A stretch of 32,000 nucleotides of DNA. Origin: Ignicoccus islandicus DSM 13165 (GTDB taxonomy: Archaea; Thermoproteota; Thermoprotei_A; Sulfolobales; Ignicoccaceae). Position 1 is the first letter of the stretch. Every line of letters starts with the position of its first letter. Location of the stretch: assembly GCF_001481685.1 (NCBI RefSeq), contig NZ_CP006867.1, positions 990,001 through 1,022,000 on the forward strand, read 5' to 3'. A program made the translations under genes and the position numbers. The notes under the pieces were generated by a model. The model made no database searches, was not told the DNA's origin, and saw only the letters and a list, made by a program, of their open reading frames with translations. Shown piece by piece: positions 15,784 through 23,986 of this stretch.

Positions 15784-17124
15784 ATGTTGGGAAGCCTTCC
15801 GGCCCTAGAGGCCTCTAGAAGCAAGGAGTTCATTAGCCAATGGATTCTCCTAAACCAAGTTCCAATAAGAAACATACCCCTAATAGTCCACTCTAGGCCA
15901 GGGTTCTCAATGAACAAGTTAATAGAATGGGCTTTCCACGAGACCATTGAAGGAGTTAAGAAGTGGTACGAAGCCGGAGGAGGCATTGCCACTTCCTACG
16001 ACAAGTTGCTGAATCACTTGGAAACAGTCGAAGGTCGGAGCTTACATAAATTGGTGAAATACGATAAGGTCACCAAGCTTACTAACGAACTACGTCGGGT
16101 TGACGAGCCCTTATTACTAACCGTAACTCCCAGTTTCCTAGCTAAGGAGGACCTCTGGAAAATAGTAGAAACAATGGAGGAATCCGTCTTCCCATTGCTA
16201 CACGTATACAACTTCCTAGACCTCAGCGATCCGAGGCTGATCGAACTCTATGAGTTAATATTGCAAGGAGACGTTAGCGTCAACGTACCAGTAATTTTCT
16301 CGCAGCAACTGGTCCCCGGCATAAGTAAGAGGTTCATGACCTTAGGGATGATTGGAGGAGCCGTAATCCAGTCCTTGTTACCTAAAGTGAACGAGTGGGA
16401 AGAATACTTGAAATTCAAGTATGAAGGAAAGTACGACAAGTCTACCGTAGAGTTCTTGAAGCTGTTCTCGCCAAGCTACAACATTGGTGAACCTTTCAAA
16501 TACGTACTTGTCAACTTAAACAAAGAGAACTTCGGTATAGAGGACCCGTTCATTGCAGAGGAGCTTCAAGTTCACGAAAGAGAGGGTAAGTTAATAGAAG
16601 CGGCGCCTTCCCTAGGTTTCGGTAACGAAGTAATTCCCCTACCGGACGTTTGGGAGAGGGTCGTAACGCTACCTTGGCAGTTGAGCGGTTTAGCGGAAGA
16701 GGTGGCCCTACATCTGCTAGGCTCCTATCCGCTAGTTAGAACGCTTGCTAGAACCAGGAAGAGGGCTGCCTATATATCTTCGATACTCAAGGGCTTATAC
16801 GAGAGGAGCTTCAACGCTCAACTCCAAACTATAAGGGGCATGATATCATTTATAAAAAGAGATTTGCTCAATGCCATTGAAGATACGGTAATAGCCTCAG
16901 CCCTCATAATAAGGGCTATGGACGTACTCTACGACTACGCTGAGAAATATGAGGGCATAGAGAATTGCGGTGAGCCTTGCGAAGCTATAAAGGCGTATTG
17001 CGAGTTGTACGAACAGTTCAGAGACGCGGAAGGGTTAGAGCCCGTAATAGAAGAGCTTGAAGAGGTGATAGTGGAGCTTACCGGAATGGGAGTAGAGAAG
17101 GCATGCGAAAGGAAAGCTTTATGA
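15784..17124 (+). CDS. Hypothetical protein (446 aa), first gene of an uncharacterised two-gene cassette
   Basis: This is a long ORF with coding-like composition. The start is uncertain (ATG 15784 or ATG 15910, MNKLIEWAF...). I recognise no motif. The stop TGA at 17122-17124 overlaps the ATG of the next gene. Confidence 0.6.
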   Translation: MLGSLPALEASRSKEFISQWILLNQVPIRNIPLIVHSRPGFSMNKLIEWAFHETIEGVKKWYEAGGGIATSYDKLLNHLETVEGRSLHKLVKYDKVTKLTNELRRVDEPLLLTVTPSFLAKEDLWKIVETMEESVFPLLHVYNFLDLSDPRLIELYELILQGDVSVNVPVIFSQQLVPGISKRFMTLGMIGGAVIQSLLPKVNEWEEYLKFKYEGKYDKSTVEFLKLFSPSYNIGEPFKYVLVNLNKENFGIEDPFIAEELQVHEREGKLIEAAPSLGFGNEVIPLPDVWERVVTLPWQLSGLAEEVALHLLGSYPLVRTLARTRKRAAYISSILKGLYERSFNAQLQTIRGMISFIKRDLLNAIEDTVIASALIIRAMDVLYDYAEKYEGIENCGEPCEAIKAYCELYEQFRDAEGLEPVIEELEEVIVELTGMGVEKACERKAL

Positions 17125-17711
17125 AAAGGAAACGTGCCCAGAGCTTAATGCAATTAATGGACATTGGTCTGAATACACCAATTTTCGTTGTTGTTACTCA
17201 GTCGAACTTAAGGGGACTGGAGCACTTCAAGAAGCAATGCGCAATACGGTTCGACGAACTAGCTTGCGAGCTACCCGAAGTAGACGCTTTAGTGGTACCG
17301 GGACCGCCCCCGCTCATAGCTCACTCTTCGCCATGCATTGCCAAGGAACTTCTCAGAGAGTTGGCTGAAAGGGGTTGCCCCTTCGAGGCCCAAGTTACGG
17401 ACGTCACGATAAAGGATAGCGTTGGAGCGGGCGCTTCCATAAAGTTCGACGGAAAGGTAATGGCTGAAGTAGCTATTGGCGGGAGCGTTAGGGACGTAAC
17501 TAGGAGGGGCAAGATAGACGCGAGGGCCTACTTAGAAGGTAATGCCATGAAGGTAATTGGCTCCTTGGGAGGCTTACTCGCCTATTGCACGTTCGAGAGC
17601 TTACTCGCACTAAGGAGAATGCCGGATGGAGTGCTGGAATGGAGCTGCCACGAAGGTAAATACGGCGTGAGGGGCGATCACGTGATCTTCTGGGAGTACC
17701 ATCCCTTGTGA
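17121..17711 (+). CDS. Small protein resembling a reduced PEP synthase/PPDK_N-type ATP-grasp domain
   Basis: About 196 aa from ATG 17121 (the track uses the in-frame ATG 17103). Three segments align by eye with E. coli PpsA N-domain blocks. LMDIGLNTPIFVVVTQSNLRGLEHF matches G..VP.GF..T..AF..F. GASIKFDGKVMAEVAIGGSVRDVTRRGKIDARAYL matches GVMFS.D...V.I.SAWGLGE.VV.G.V.PD.F.V. VLEWSCHEGKYGVRGDHVIFWEYHP matches DIEWAKDG..GKLFIVQARP. Confidence 0.5.
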   Translation: MKRKRAQSLMQLMDIGLNTPIFVVVTQSNLRGLEHFKKQCAIRFDELACELPEVDALVVPGPPPLIAHSSPCIAKELLRELAERGCPFEAQVTDVTIKDSVGAGASIKFDGKVMAEVAIGGSVRDVTRRGKIDARAYLEGNAMKVIGSLGGLLAYCTFESLLALRRMPDGVLEWSCHEGKYGVRGDHVIFWEYHPL

Positions 17712-17767
17712 GCCCTCGGCCTGGCCGATACGATCCTCATTGAGCGCCTCAGCCCCCGAGGTCGTCT

Positions 17768-18826
17768 TCACCGGGCCCTCTTGGGTAACACGTAAATTAC
17801 TCCCTTGTAGTTTATCACGTAAACCTCGTCGCCCACGGTCAAACCTATCGGACCTTCAGCTATTAAGTCTCTATCGTGTAACTTTATCGTCAAGGGATCT
17901 AGTCCAGTTACTTTAGCGGTCTCCAAGTTCTTCTCGTGAGGGTATACTATTCTCCCATTCTTTCTCATGGCCCACCAATGATCCACGTCTATAGATATTT
18001 CCTTGTTTTGATGAAGTAGGTGAACTCTGAATTTACCCTTTCCGATCGAAGTCAGAATGGCCGGTTCCTTATCCACTAAGAGACCATCGCCCGGTTCGAT
18101 TGCAGGTAACCTAACGCTTAACGTGAGCCTCTTCCTAACCCTCCCATCTCTCTTCATGCCTACTACGCTGTAGCTTTCAATTACCTTAGCGCCCAAGTTG
18201 AACCTCATCAACCTGGCAGTTTTCCTAGCCACCTCTTTACTAGCTAAGAGTACGTCCAGACCCTCCTTCTTGTCCACTAAGTCTACTACGTCTTCACCGT
18301 TATTAACCTTTGAGAAGAACTCTCCCGCGGTCCTCAACTCGTCATTGGTTACGTAGCCCCTCTCGGACCTTATTTGCAACGTAGCTTCGTAGTCGCCTCC
18401 GCTCTTCATTAGGCACTTTGGACAAACCCTCTTCTCTACGTTAAGGGGGACGGTGACGGTTTGCCTTACCTTCTTCCCGACTACATCAAGTTCGACTGTT
18501 ACGTCCGCTACGTACTTACCTCCTCGCGCTTTTCTAACGCTTAGGTCCACAACCTCGACTTCGCGTGCCGGTTCAACTGGCGCTATCGATTGCTCAATCA
18601 CCCTCTCAGCTAACCACCTTATGGTTTCATCGGGATCGTCGCTTCCTGGGTACCACGAGGACCCAATGAGGTAAGAACCGCATACCGGACATACTATTAT
18701 CTTCTGGTTAGCCTTTACCGAAACGAGCGTTTTCTCTTTAAGTAGACAATTCAAGCACAGCCCGTTTATTATCGGATTGTCCTCGCTCTCAATCGCCCCG
18801 CATCTATAGCAAAACCTCTTTAACAA
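17768..18826 (-). CDS. NMD3-family protein (archaeal homologue of the 60S export/biogenesis factor)
   Basis: 352 aa. The N-terminal Cys clusters are CYRCG...CLNCL...CPVCGSY and later CPKCL. The domain length is typical of archaeal NMD3. The start is TTG, with a TTTTAT TATA-like element about 35 nt upstream. Confidence 0.85.
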   Translation of the reverse strand: MLKRFCYRCGAIESEDNPIINGLCLNCLLKEKTLVSVKANQKIIVCPVCGSYLIGSSWYPGSDDPDETIRWLAERVIEQSIAPVEPAREVEVVDLSVRKARGGKYVADVTVELDVVGKKVRQTVTVPLNVEKRVCPKCLMKSGGDYEATLQIRSERGYVTNDELRTAGEFFSKVNNGEDVVDLVDKKEGLDVLLASKEVARKTARLMRFNLGAKVIESYSVVGMKRDGRVRKRLTLSVRLPAIEPGDGLLVDKEPAILTSIGKGKFRVHLLHQNKEISIDVDHWWAMRKNGRIVYPHEKNLETAKVTGLDPLTIKLHDRDLIAEGPIGLTVGDEVYVINYKGVIYVLPKRAR

Positions 18827-18867
18827 TTCATTACCCTTATTAAGGAGGCGTGCCTAAGGGATAAAAG

Positions 18868-19737
18868 TTAAGTAATTAGTTTGCATCTCTTTAAATACTC
18901 TTCAAGAGACTCGCAAGGCATTAGGTAGGTTCTACCTAGGATACAATTTTCTATTTCGTTAACGAAGACTTCGTATAGTTCGCCGAGCGCTCTTTGGTAA
19001 TAGCTCTTGTAAGGCTCTTTGGAAAGCCTTTCCTTGAAGTTAACGCTACTAACTACTAAGTTCAATAAAGGCAAGAGCACTACGTCCTTCAATCCCTCGT
19101 GAACGTAGTATATGCTTTCAATGTTAGATAGAGCCATTAATATAGCTGTAGTGTAAGCGACCTCGGGCTTGAAGCCTCCAGTTAAGTTGGCCAAAACCCT
19201 CCATCCCCTTTCACATAACCTCAAGGCGCAACAAACTAGATTGAGCAAGCCTACGTAGAAGCTAGCGGGAGAGAAGCTCGAGCCGAGGTTTCCTAACGCT
19301 TTAACAACGTAGGTGCTTACCTTTGGCTTCAAGTAGTACCCATCTACGTCTATCCCCCTCTCCAAGACCTCTCTCAGTACGTAACACGAAGCCGCTCCCG
19401 TAGGGGTTTCAGAGCAAATTAGCGATACCTCGTCTAAGACGGGTTCCTTGCCGTTATTGATGTAAATCGACCTCATGAACTTTATTAAGGAGTTCAGTTC
19501 AGCGGACATAATTTCTGGATGTTCCCTAACTACTTCAACTAAGTCGTCTAGCTTAGCGTTAACCTTTTCACCGCACTTAACCTTGTTTGAGGCCAGCCTC
19601 TCCAGGTCCTCGTTCACGATCTCTTTCAACCGATCCTGAAGCTGGGCAGCGATGCCCCTACCTATGCTTCCCATAACCGAGTTAGTCAAAACGCTACTTC
19701 CTACCGTTATTATGTGACGAACGGGCTTCTCACTCAT
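18868..19737 (-). CDS. CARF-domain-like protein (Cas_APE2256-like), no recognisable effector domain
   Basis: 289 aa. The motif order is HIITVGSSVLTN (res 8-19), SAELNSL (78-84), LICSETPTG (106-114) and NLTGGFKPE (184-192). This matches my recollection of the APE2256/Csm6-Csx1-type CARF fold signatures (tvGTS..., ...TGG(T/F/Y)K). No RX4-6H HEPN motif is seen. Confidence 0.55.
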   Translation of the reverse strand: MSEKPVRHIITVGSSVLTNSVMGSIGRGIAAQLQDRLKEIVNEDLERLASNKVKCGEKVNAKLDDLVEVVREHPEIMSAELNSLIKFMRSIYINNGKEPVLDEVSLICSETPTGAASCYVLREVLERGIDVDGYYLKPKVSTYVVKALGNLGSSFSPASFYVGLLNLVCCALRLCERGWRVLANLTGGFKPEVAYTTAILMALSNIESIYYVHEGLKDVVLLPLLNLVVSSVNFKERLSKEPYKSYYQRALGELYEVFVNEIENCILGRTYLMPCESLEEYLKRCKLIT

Positions 19738-19771
19738 ATTGCATCGAAAATTTCATTGGGAAACGTAGTAA

Positions 19772-21124
19772 TTACTTTTTTGATAGAACGTTCTTATATT
19801 CATTAAATAACTCGTTAACGCGCTTCCTCCATTCGTCGAATTCGCTCGGGTTCTTGGGATAGTTCAAATACAGTTCCTTAACCTCCTTCATGTAGTCGGC
19901 CACCGTCTTCAGTTTCGATAGTAACGAGGGCTTCCCTAGGGCCTTGATTACCCTCATTAATTTATCAGTACTGCTTATCTTCAGATCGCCTTCTAATGAC
20001 GCTTTCAATAAGTCCTCTTCCTTTATTATTTTGTTCCTCATTCCGTAATTTATCTCCTCATCGCTTAAGGACTGTAAGAATATTCTGAAGACGTCCAGCG
20101 CCGCTTGCTTAGCGCCGTATGCTTCCATGAAGTCAACGTTGTATTGCCACAAGTTCTCTATGGTGGGCTCTTCCTCTAAGGCCTTCACAGCGTTCTTAGC
20201 TAGCAGGTAGGCGCCGAGCATTCCGGAACCTATGCCCCCGCCGTGTATAGGGTTAACTTGGTACGCTGCGTCGCCCGCAGCGGCGAATCCGTCTGCAACC
20301 ATTGTATCTAGGGGCCTCCTGGTTGGTACTACGCCCCCACCGGCGTGTAGGACCTCGCCCCCAATTCTATTAGCTAAGTACTTGTTAAAGTACCACATAG
20401 GATCCTTGTGTCCCACTCCGCCTTGAACTCCCAGACCCACGTTAACCTTCATTTTACCGGGATAGGGGAAGAGCCACCAGTATCCTCCCGGGGCTTTCTC
20501 TTGTGAAACGTAAATTCTAATGTACTCCTCGTCTTCTATTGCGTAGTTGATCTTCCTTATTTCCCTATAAGCTATAGCAGTGTCCTTGAAGTCGAGCTCT
20601 TCAGCTACGGGCCACGATTTCGGCAAGGCCCTTCTAATTATTGAAACTACGCCTGAAGCGTCTACAACCAATCTACTCTCTATAGATTCTACCTTATCGC
20701 CCCTCCTAACCGTTATTCCTTTAACCTTCCCGTCCTTCACGATAGGACCTAAGGCCCTAGTTGAGAAAGAGAACTCCGCCCCCGCCTCTCTAGCTAAAGA
20801 GTAAAGCCACTTGCCGAATCCCCTCCTGTTTAACATGAACCCTTCTCCGGGCACGGTCCAAACAGTTTTTTCGTCAGGAGAATATATTTTGGCTCCAACT
20901 ATCCTACCCTCAATGGCGTACTCAGGAGGTTCGCTTAAGGGTATTTTGCCTCCGAAATATTCTTTACTAATAGCATCTCCACAGACTTTGTTACCTATAT
21001 CGTCCTCGGACCTTAGGTCTACTACCAATACCTTGTAACCTTTCTCTGCAATAAATTTAGCGGCAGTTAGGCCGGTCGTACCGGCTCCAACTATAACTAC
21101 ATCGTACACTGTCGCCTTACCCAT
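19772..21124 (-). CDS. Geranylgeranyl reductase family flavoprotein (digeranylgeranylglycerophospholipid reductase-like)
   Basis: 450 aa. It has the FAD dinucleotide fold YDVVIVGAGTTGLTAAKFIAEKGYKVLVVD, an internal GDAA motif (AAAGDAAYQVNPIHGGGI), and a size similar to crenarchaeal GGR. Confidence 0.85.
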   Translation of the reverse strand: MGKATVYDVVIVGAGTTGLTAAKFIAEKGYKVLVVDLRSEDDIGNKVCGDAISKEYFGGKIPLSEPPEYAIEGRIVGAKIYSPDEKTVWTVPGEGFMLNRRGFGKWLYSLAREAGAEFSFSTRALGPIVKDGKVKGITVRRGDKVESIESRLVVDASGVVSIIRRALPKSWPVAEELDFKDTAIAYREIRKINYAIEDEEYIRIYVSQEKAPGGYWWLFPYPGKMKVNVGLGVQGGVGHKDPMWYFNKYLANRIGGEVLHAGGGVVPTRRPLDTMVADGFAAAGDAAYQVNPIHGGGIGSGMLGAYLLAKNAVKALEEEPTIENLWQYNVDFMEAYGAKQAALDVFRIFLQSLSDEEINYGMRNKIIKEEDLLKASLEGDLKISSTDKLMRVIKALGKPSLLSKLKTVADYMKEVKELYLNYPKNPSEFDEWRKRVNELFNEYKNVLSKK

Positions 21125-21199
21125 AGCTAGTTCTCAATAGGCCGATATTTAACGAAGTGGTAATCCATTGAGAACTTAAGAGAGGAGGCGAAGGTACCC

Positions 21200-21412
21200 T
21201 CATTTCAATTTCGAACAATTAAGCGAAAGGTTCCCATATATCTCTAGAACTTCGTTTAAGAGACTCTGAAAGCCTTTCCCGAATTTCCCGGGAAGCTTAC
21301 CTTCTTTCAACTCCCTCTTGTATTTATGTAATTCGCCTTCGCTTATTTTATAGACCTTCGTAATAGCCTTCTCTATTTCATCATATAAGATCAATAGTTG
21401 ATTTTCGTTCAA
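21200..21412 (-). CDS. Small hypothetical helical protein
   Basis: 70-aa ORF with no overlap with other genes and no recognisable motif. Support comes only from ORF length and composition. Confidence 0.3.
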   Translation of the reverse strand: MNENQLLILYDEIEKAITKVYKISEGELHKYKRELKEGKLPGKFGKGFQSLLNEVLEIYGNLSLNCSKLK

Positions 21413-21440
21413 TTAACAAGTTCTTATGCGACTATTCAGT

Positions 21441-21452
21441 TAAATTTATAAT
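21441..21452 (+). promoter_or_regulatory. TATA-box-like element upstream of tRNA-Asp
   Basis: taaatttataat is centred about 34 nt upstream of the tRNA 5' end. Confidence 0.45.
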
Positions 21453-21480
21453 CACTATCCCGAAGAGTGGCGTGGAAGGA

Positions 21481-21558
21481 GCCGCGGTAGTATAGCCAGG
21501 CCTAGTATGCGGGCCTGTCGAGCCCGTGACCCGGGTTCAAATCCCGGCCGCGGCGCCA
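21481..21558 (+). tRNA. tRNA-Asp (anticodon GUC), CCA encoded
   Basis: Hand-folded cloverleaf. The acceptor stem is GCCGCGG/CCGCGGC. The anticodon stem CGGGC/GCCCG carries loop CUGUCGA. The T arm is CCGGG-UUCAAAU-CCCGG. The discriminator is G, and CCA lies at 21556-21558. Confidence 0.95.
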
Positions 21559-21661
21559 CTTCTCCCTCATAATATTTCTCACCTCTTCCCAAGTACTCAA
21601 TTAACTCAATTCCACGAGAAAACTTTATCTCCTATCTTGCAATAGAGCTGCATGTAAGAGA

Positions 21662-22225
21662 ATGCGTTTAAGAGAGGCGTTATTGCTGATTATGCTCCTC
21701 CAAAGTCCCTTCGCACTGAAATTTACCGTTACAATTGAGAATAACGGTCTATTGTGGAACGAAGAGTGGGGCTACGAAATATACCTTACAATTGATGGGA
21801 AATCGGTTTTCTCCACTTCCTACTCCGTAAATTGCGGATGGGGTTCTAATTGCTTCGTAACTCACACGTTCCCGGACGCTTCTTGCGGCATCTCCGGTCA
21901 ACTAGTCGTAACGGAGACTAACTACTTCTATGGAACTATTGTTGGAGACGTGTTGAACTTTGAGTACTCAGTTACTACCCTAGGAGTGAATCGATACCAG
22001 TACATGGGTGAATCGCTTGTACTCGGTCGAATAGGTTTCGTCATAGAAAATTATGCCTCTGAACCTTGCGTAAAGACGAGTCCAATAACAACGCCGCTAG
22101 GCGAAGGAGCTATTAGAAACGTTCCCGTGAACATCTTACTAGGCCTAGGCGTAATACCAATTCTCACTAAGTTAAAGGAAGTAAAGAGGAAACGAGGCCT
22201 GCCAAACACAAAAGCCGTTAAGTAG
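21662..22225 (+). CDS. Secreted/cell-surface protein with N-terminal signal peptide and C-terminal hydrophobic anchor
   Basis: 187 aa. The signal peptide is MRLREALLLIMLLQSPFA. A Cys-containing beta-rich middle follows. The C-terminus reads VPVNILLGLGVIPILTKL and is followed by the basic KEVKRKRG. Confidence 0.5.
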   Translation: MRLREALLLIMLLQSPFALKFTVTIENNGLLWNEEWGYEIYLTIDGKSVFSTSYSVNCGWGSNCFVTHTFPDASCGISGQLVVTETNYFYGTIVGDVLNFEYSVTTLGVNRYQYMGESLVLGRIGFVIENYASEPCVKTSPITTPLGEGAIRNVPVNILLGLGVIPILTKLKEVKRKRGLPNTKAVK

Positions 22226-22248
22226 TCTTCCCTTAAGGGAATTTCACA

Positions 22249-22899
22249 ATGGATTTAAGGGAGCACTTGCTTTCCGGTAAACCAATCATGATATACGACT
22301 CGGAGAGTAGGGAGAACGAGGTAGACTTAGTCTTCTATTCGGGAGCGGTGAGTAGGAGTAGCATATACGCTCTCAGGTCTTTAGCTGGCGGCCTCATATG
22401 CTTCTCAATGCCCTTGGAAATAGGTTCCCAATTAGGTTTAGACTACATGCATAATTACTTGAAGGAACTCGGTTTCGCGAGCCTCGTGAGGCCTCAATCG
22501 TACGGGGACTACCCCGCCTTTTCGATTTCTGTAAACCATCAAAGCGTTGGAACGGGAATAAGCGATGAAGACAGAGCCAAGACCGTTAGGGAATTGTTCG
22601 AAGTAGTGAAACTCGCTCTCGAAGACCCCTCTGAGGCTAGAAAGAAGTTTCTAAACGAATTCCAAGCGCCCGGTCACGTGCCCATACTCCTTGCCAGGAA
22701 CTTAGACGAGAGGCAAGGTCATACGGAGTTGAGCACGAGGTTGTTCCAGAGCTTGGGCTTAGTACCTTCGGCAGTGTTCGCTGAAGTCCTAGACTACGGC
22801 CACTCGATGAGATTGGACAAGGCGAGGGAAATATCTAAGACGTTGGGCATACCCTTACTCTCTTCTAATGAAATAATCGAGATGGTAAGGGGTAGATGA
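22249..22899 (+). CDS. ribB: 3,4-dihydroxy-2-butanone 4-phosphate synthase
   Basis: 216 aa. The segments IMIYDSESRENEVDLVF and PGHVPILLARN...RQGHTELS match the archaeal DHBP synthase pattern. Confidence 0.85.
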   Translation: MDLREHLLSGKPIMIYDSESRENEVDLVFYSGAVSRSSIYALRSLAGGLICFSMPLEIGSQLGLDYMHNYLKELGFASLVRPQSYGDYPAFSISVNHQSVGTGISDEDRAKTVRELFEVVKLALEDPSEARKKFLNEFQAPGHVPILLARNLDERQGHTELSTRLFQSLGLVPSAVFAEVLDYGHSMRLDKAREISKTLGIPLLSSNEIIEMVRGR

Positions 22900-22950
22900 A
22901 ATATTATTTAGATACTCGTGAATAGGTAATATTCGAGGTGTGAGAATACG

Positions 22951-23463
22951 ATGAACTCAAGGAAAGGTTTCGTGGACCTAACGTTGGTCGGTATAGCGCT
23001 CGCCGCACTGCTATTGCTAGTAGGCGTCTACTACTTCTTCATTGCTCCTAAGGCCCCCACTTCCGTGGAGGCGAAGGCTAAGGCGTATAAGGCCATCGAA
23101 GTACAGCTCAGGCCTATTAAAACAGTTATATGTGTAGATAAGAAGGAAGAGGCAATTTTCGAACTAAGTCTAGTCAATCCAATTACTAATCCAAAAGCCT
23201 ACGTTCAGTTGGTCATTAGCGCACCACCGGGCGTAACGGTTTACGCCGGTCAAGGAGTTAAGGGAGGCTCCGGACTGGTAACGACCAATACCGTGTTGGA
23301 ACCGGGCGACGCAGCAACTATGAGAATAAGGGTAATAGGAGTTGAGCAAGGTAAGAAGATACTTAGCGGTACCGTATACTATTGGTTCGAAGGCGAAGAT
23401 AAGAAGGACGCTAAGAGAATAGACCTTGACTTCCCAGTAGACTTCGTGATCTGTGGTAAGTAG
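22951..23463 (+). CDS. N-terminally anchored extracellular protein, possible class III (type IV pilin-like) signal peptide
   Basis: 170 aa. The N-terminus MNSRKGFVDLTLVGIALAALLLLVGVYYFF has a K-G-F followed by a long hydrophobic helix, as in archaeal prepilin signals. The remainder is beta-rich. Confidence 0.5.
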   Translation: MNSRKGFVDLTLVGIALAALLLLVGVYYFFIAPKAPTSVEAKAKAYKAIEVQLRPIKTVICVDKKEEAIFELSLVNPITNPKAYVQLVISAPPGVTVYAGQGVKGGSGLVTTNTVLEPGDAATMRIRVIGVEQGKKILSGTVYYWFEGEDKKDAKRIDLDFPVDFVICGK

Positions 23464-23468
23464 TTTCA

Positions 23469-23475
23469 TTTTTTT
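23469..23475 (+). terminator. Oligo-T tract after the 22951-23463 gene
   Basis: A T7 run begins 6 nt after the stop. A second T-rich/TATA-like stretch (ttttttattttaa, 23490-23502) precedes the next gene. Confidence 0.35.
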
Positions 23476-23530
23476 GCTCAATAACAACGTTTTTTATTTT
23501 AATGCGACGTAGTACATTACTTTCTTAAAA

Positions 23531-23974
23531 ATGATCCCACGTGAACCCCACGGGGGTTTAGTTTTGAGGATAATCGAGATCCTTAAGGTCGATGGGAAAG
23601 GTAGGGTCACCATTCCGAGGACCGTTAGGGACGCGTTAAATATAATAGAAGGCGGTTACGTGATAATGATAGCCGACTTGAACAAGAACGAGATCCTTCT
23701 AACCCCAACTAGCGGGAGCGGGGGAAAGTTGCTGGAAATTAGAATACTGTTTAACGACGAGAGAGGTAAGTTAGCGGAAATATCTGAGGCGTTGGCCGAA
23801 ATGAACGTCGACCAAATTACTACCAATTGCAGGACAATGAGGAAGGGCGAAGTGGCGGAATGTACGATAGTTGTAGAGGCGTCAAATGAAATGGATGAGA
23901 GCGAAATAGAGAGGAAGATATCCGGAATAAAGGGAGTTAAGGAAGTATTAGTTGTTCCCATTCAAGGGCACTAG
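23531..23974 (+). CDS. SpoVT/AbrB-type DNA-binding domain fused to an ACT-like ligand-binding domain (putative regulator)
   Basis: 147 aa. LKVDGKGRVTIPRTVRDALNI is the AbrB swapped-hairpin signature. The C-terminal LEIRILFNDERGKLAEISEALAEMNVDQITTNC...IVVEAS resembles an ACT fold. Confidence 0.7.
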   Translation: MIPREPHGGLVLRIIEILKVDGKGRVTIPRTVRDALNIIEGGYVIMIADLNKNEILLTPTSGSGGKLLEIRILFNDERGKLAEISEALAEMNVDQITTNCRTMRKGEVAECTIVVEASNEMDESEIERKISGIKGVKEVLVVPIQGH

Positions 23975-23986
23975 CGGTAAAGGGAT

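Noticed and set aside
15753-15992. A 79-aa minus-strand ORF overlapping the 5' end of the 446-aa gene.
   Set aside because: Its translation does not look protein-like (runs of Pro, Trp, Ser). It is antisense to a much longer ORF with better coding character. It only bears on uncertainty about that gene's start (15784 vs 15910).
21461-21560. Complementarity between the tRNA-Asp 5' leader (GUGGCG, 21467-21472) and its 3' end/trailer (CGCCAC) as a possible bulge-helix-bulge or permuted-tRNA signal.
   Set aside because: The tRNA folds as a normal continuous cloverleaf without an intron. The extra pairing involves the discriminator base and the encoded CCA, and is only 5-6 bp, so it is consistent with chance.
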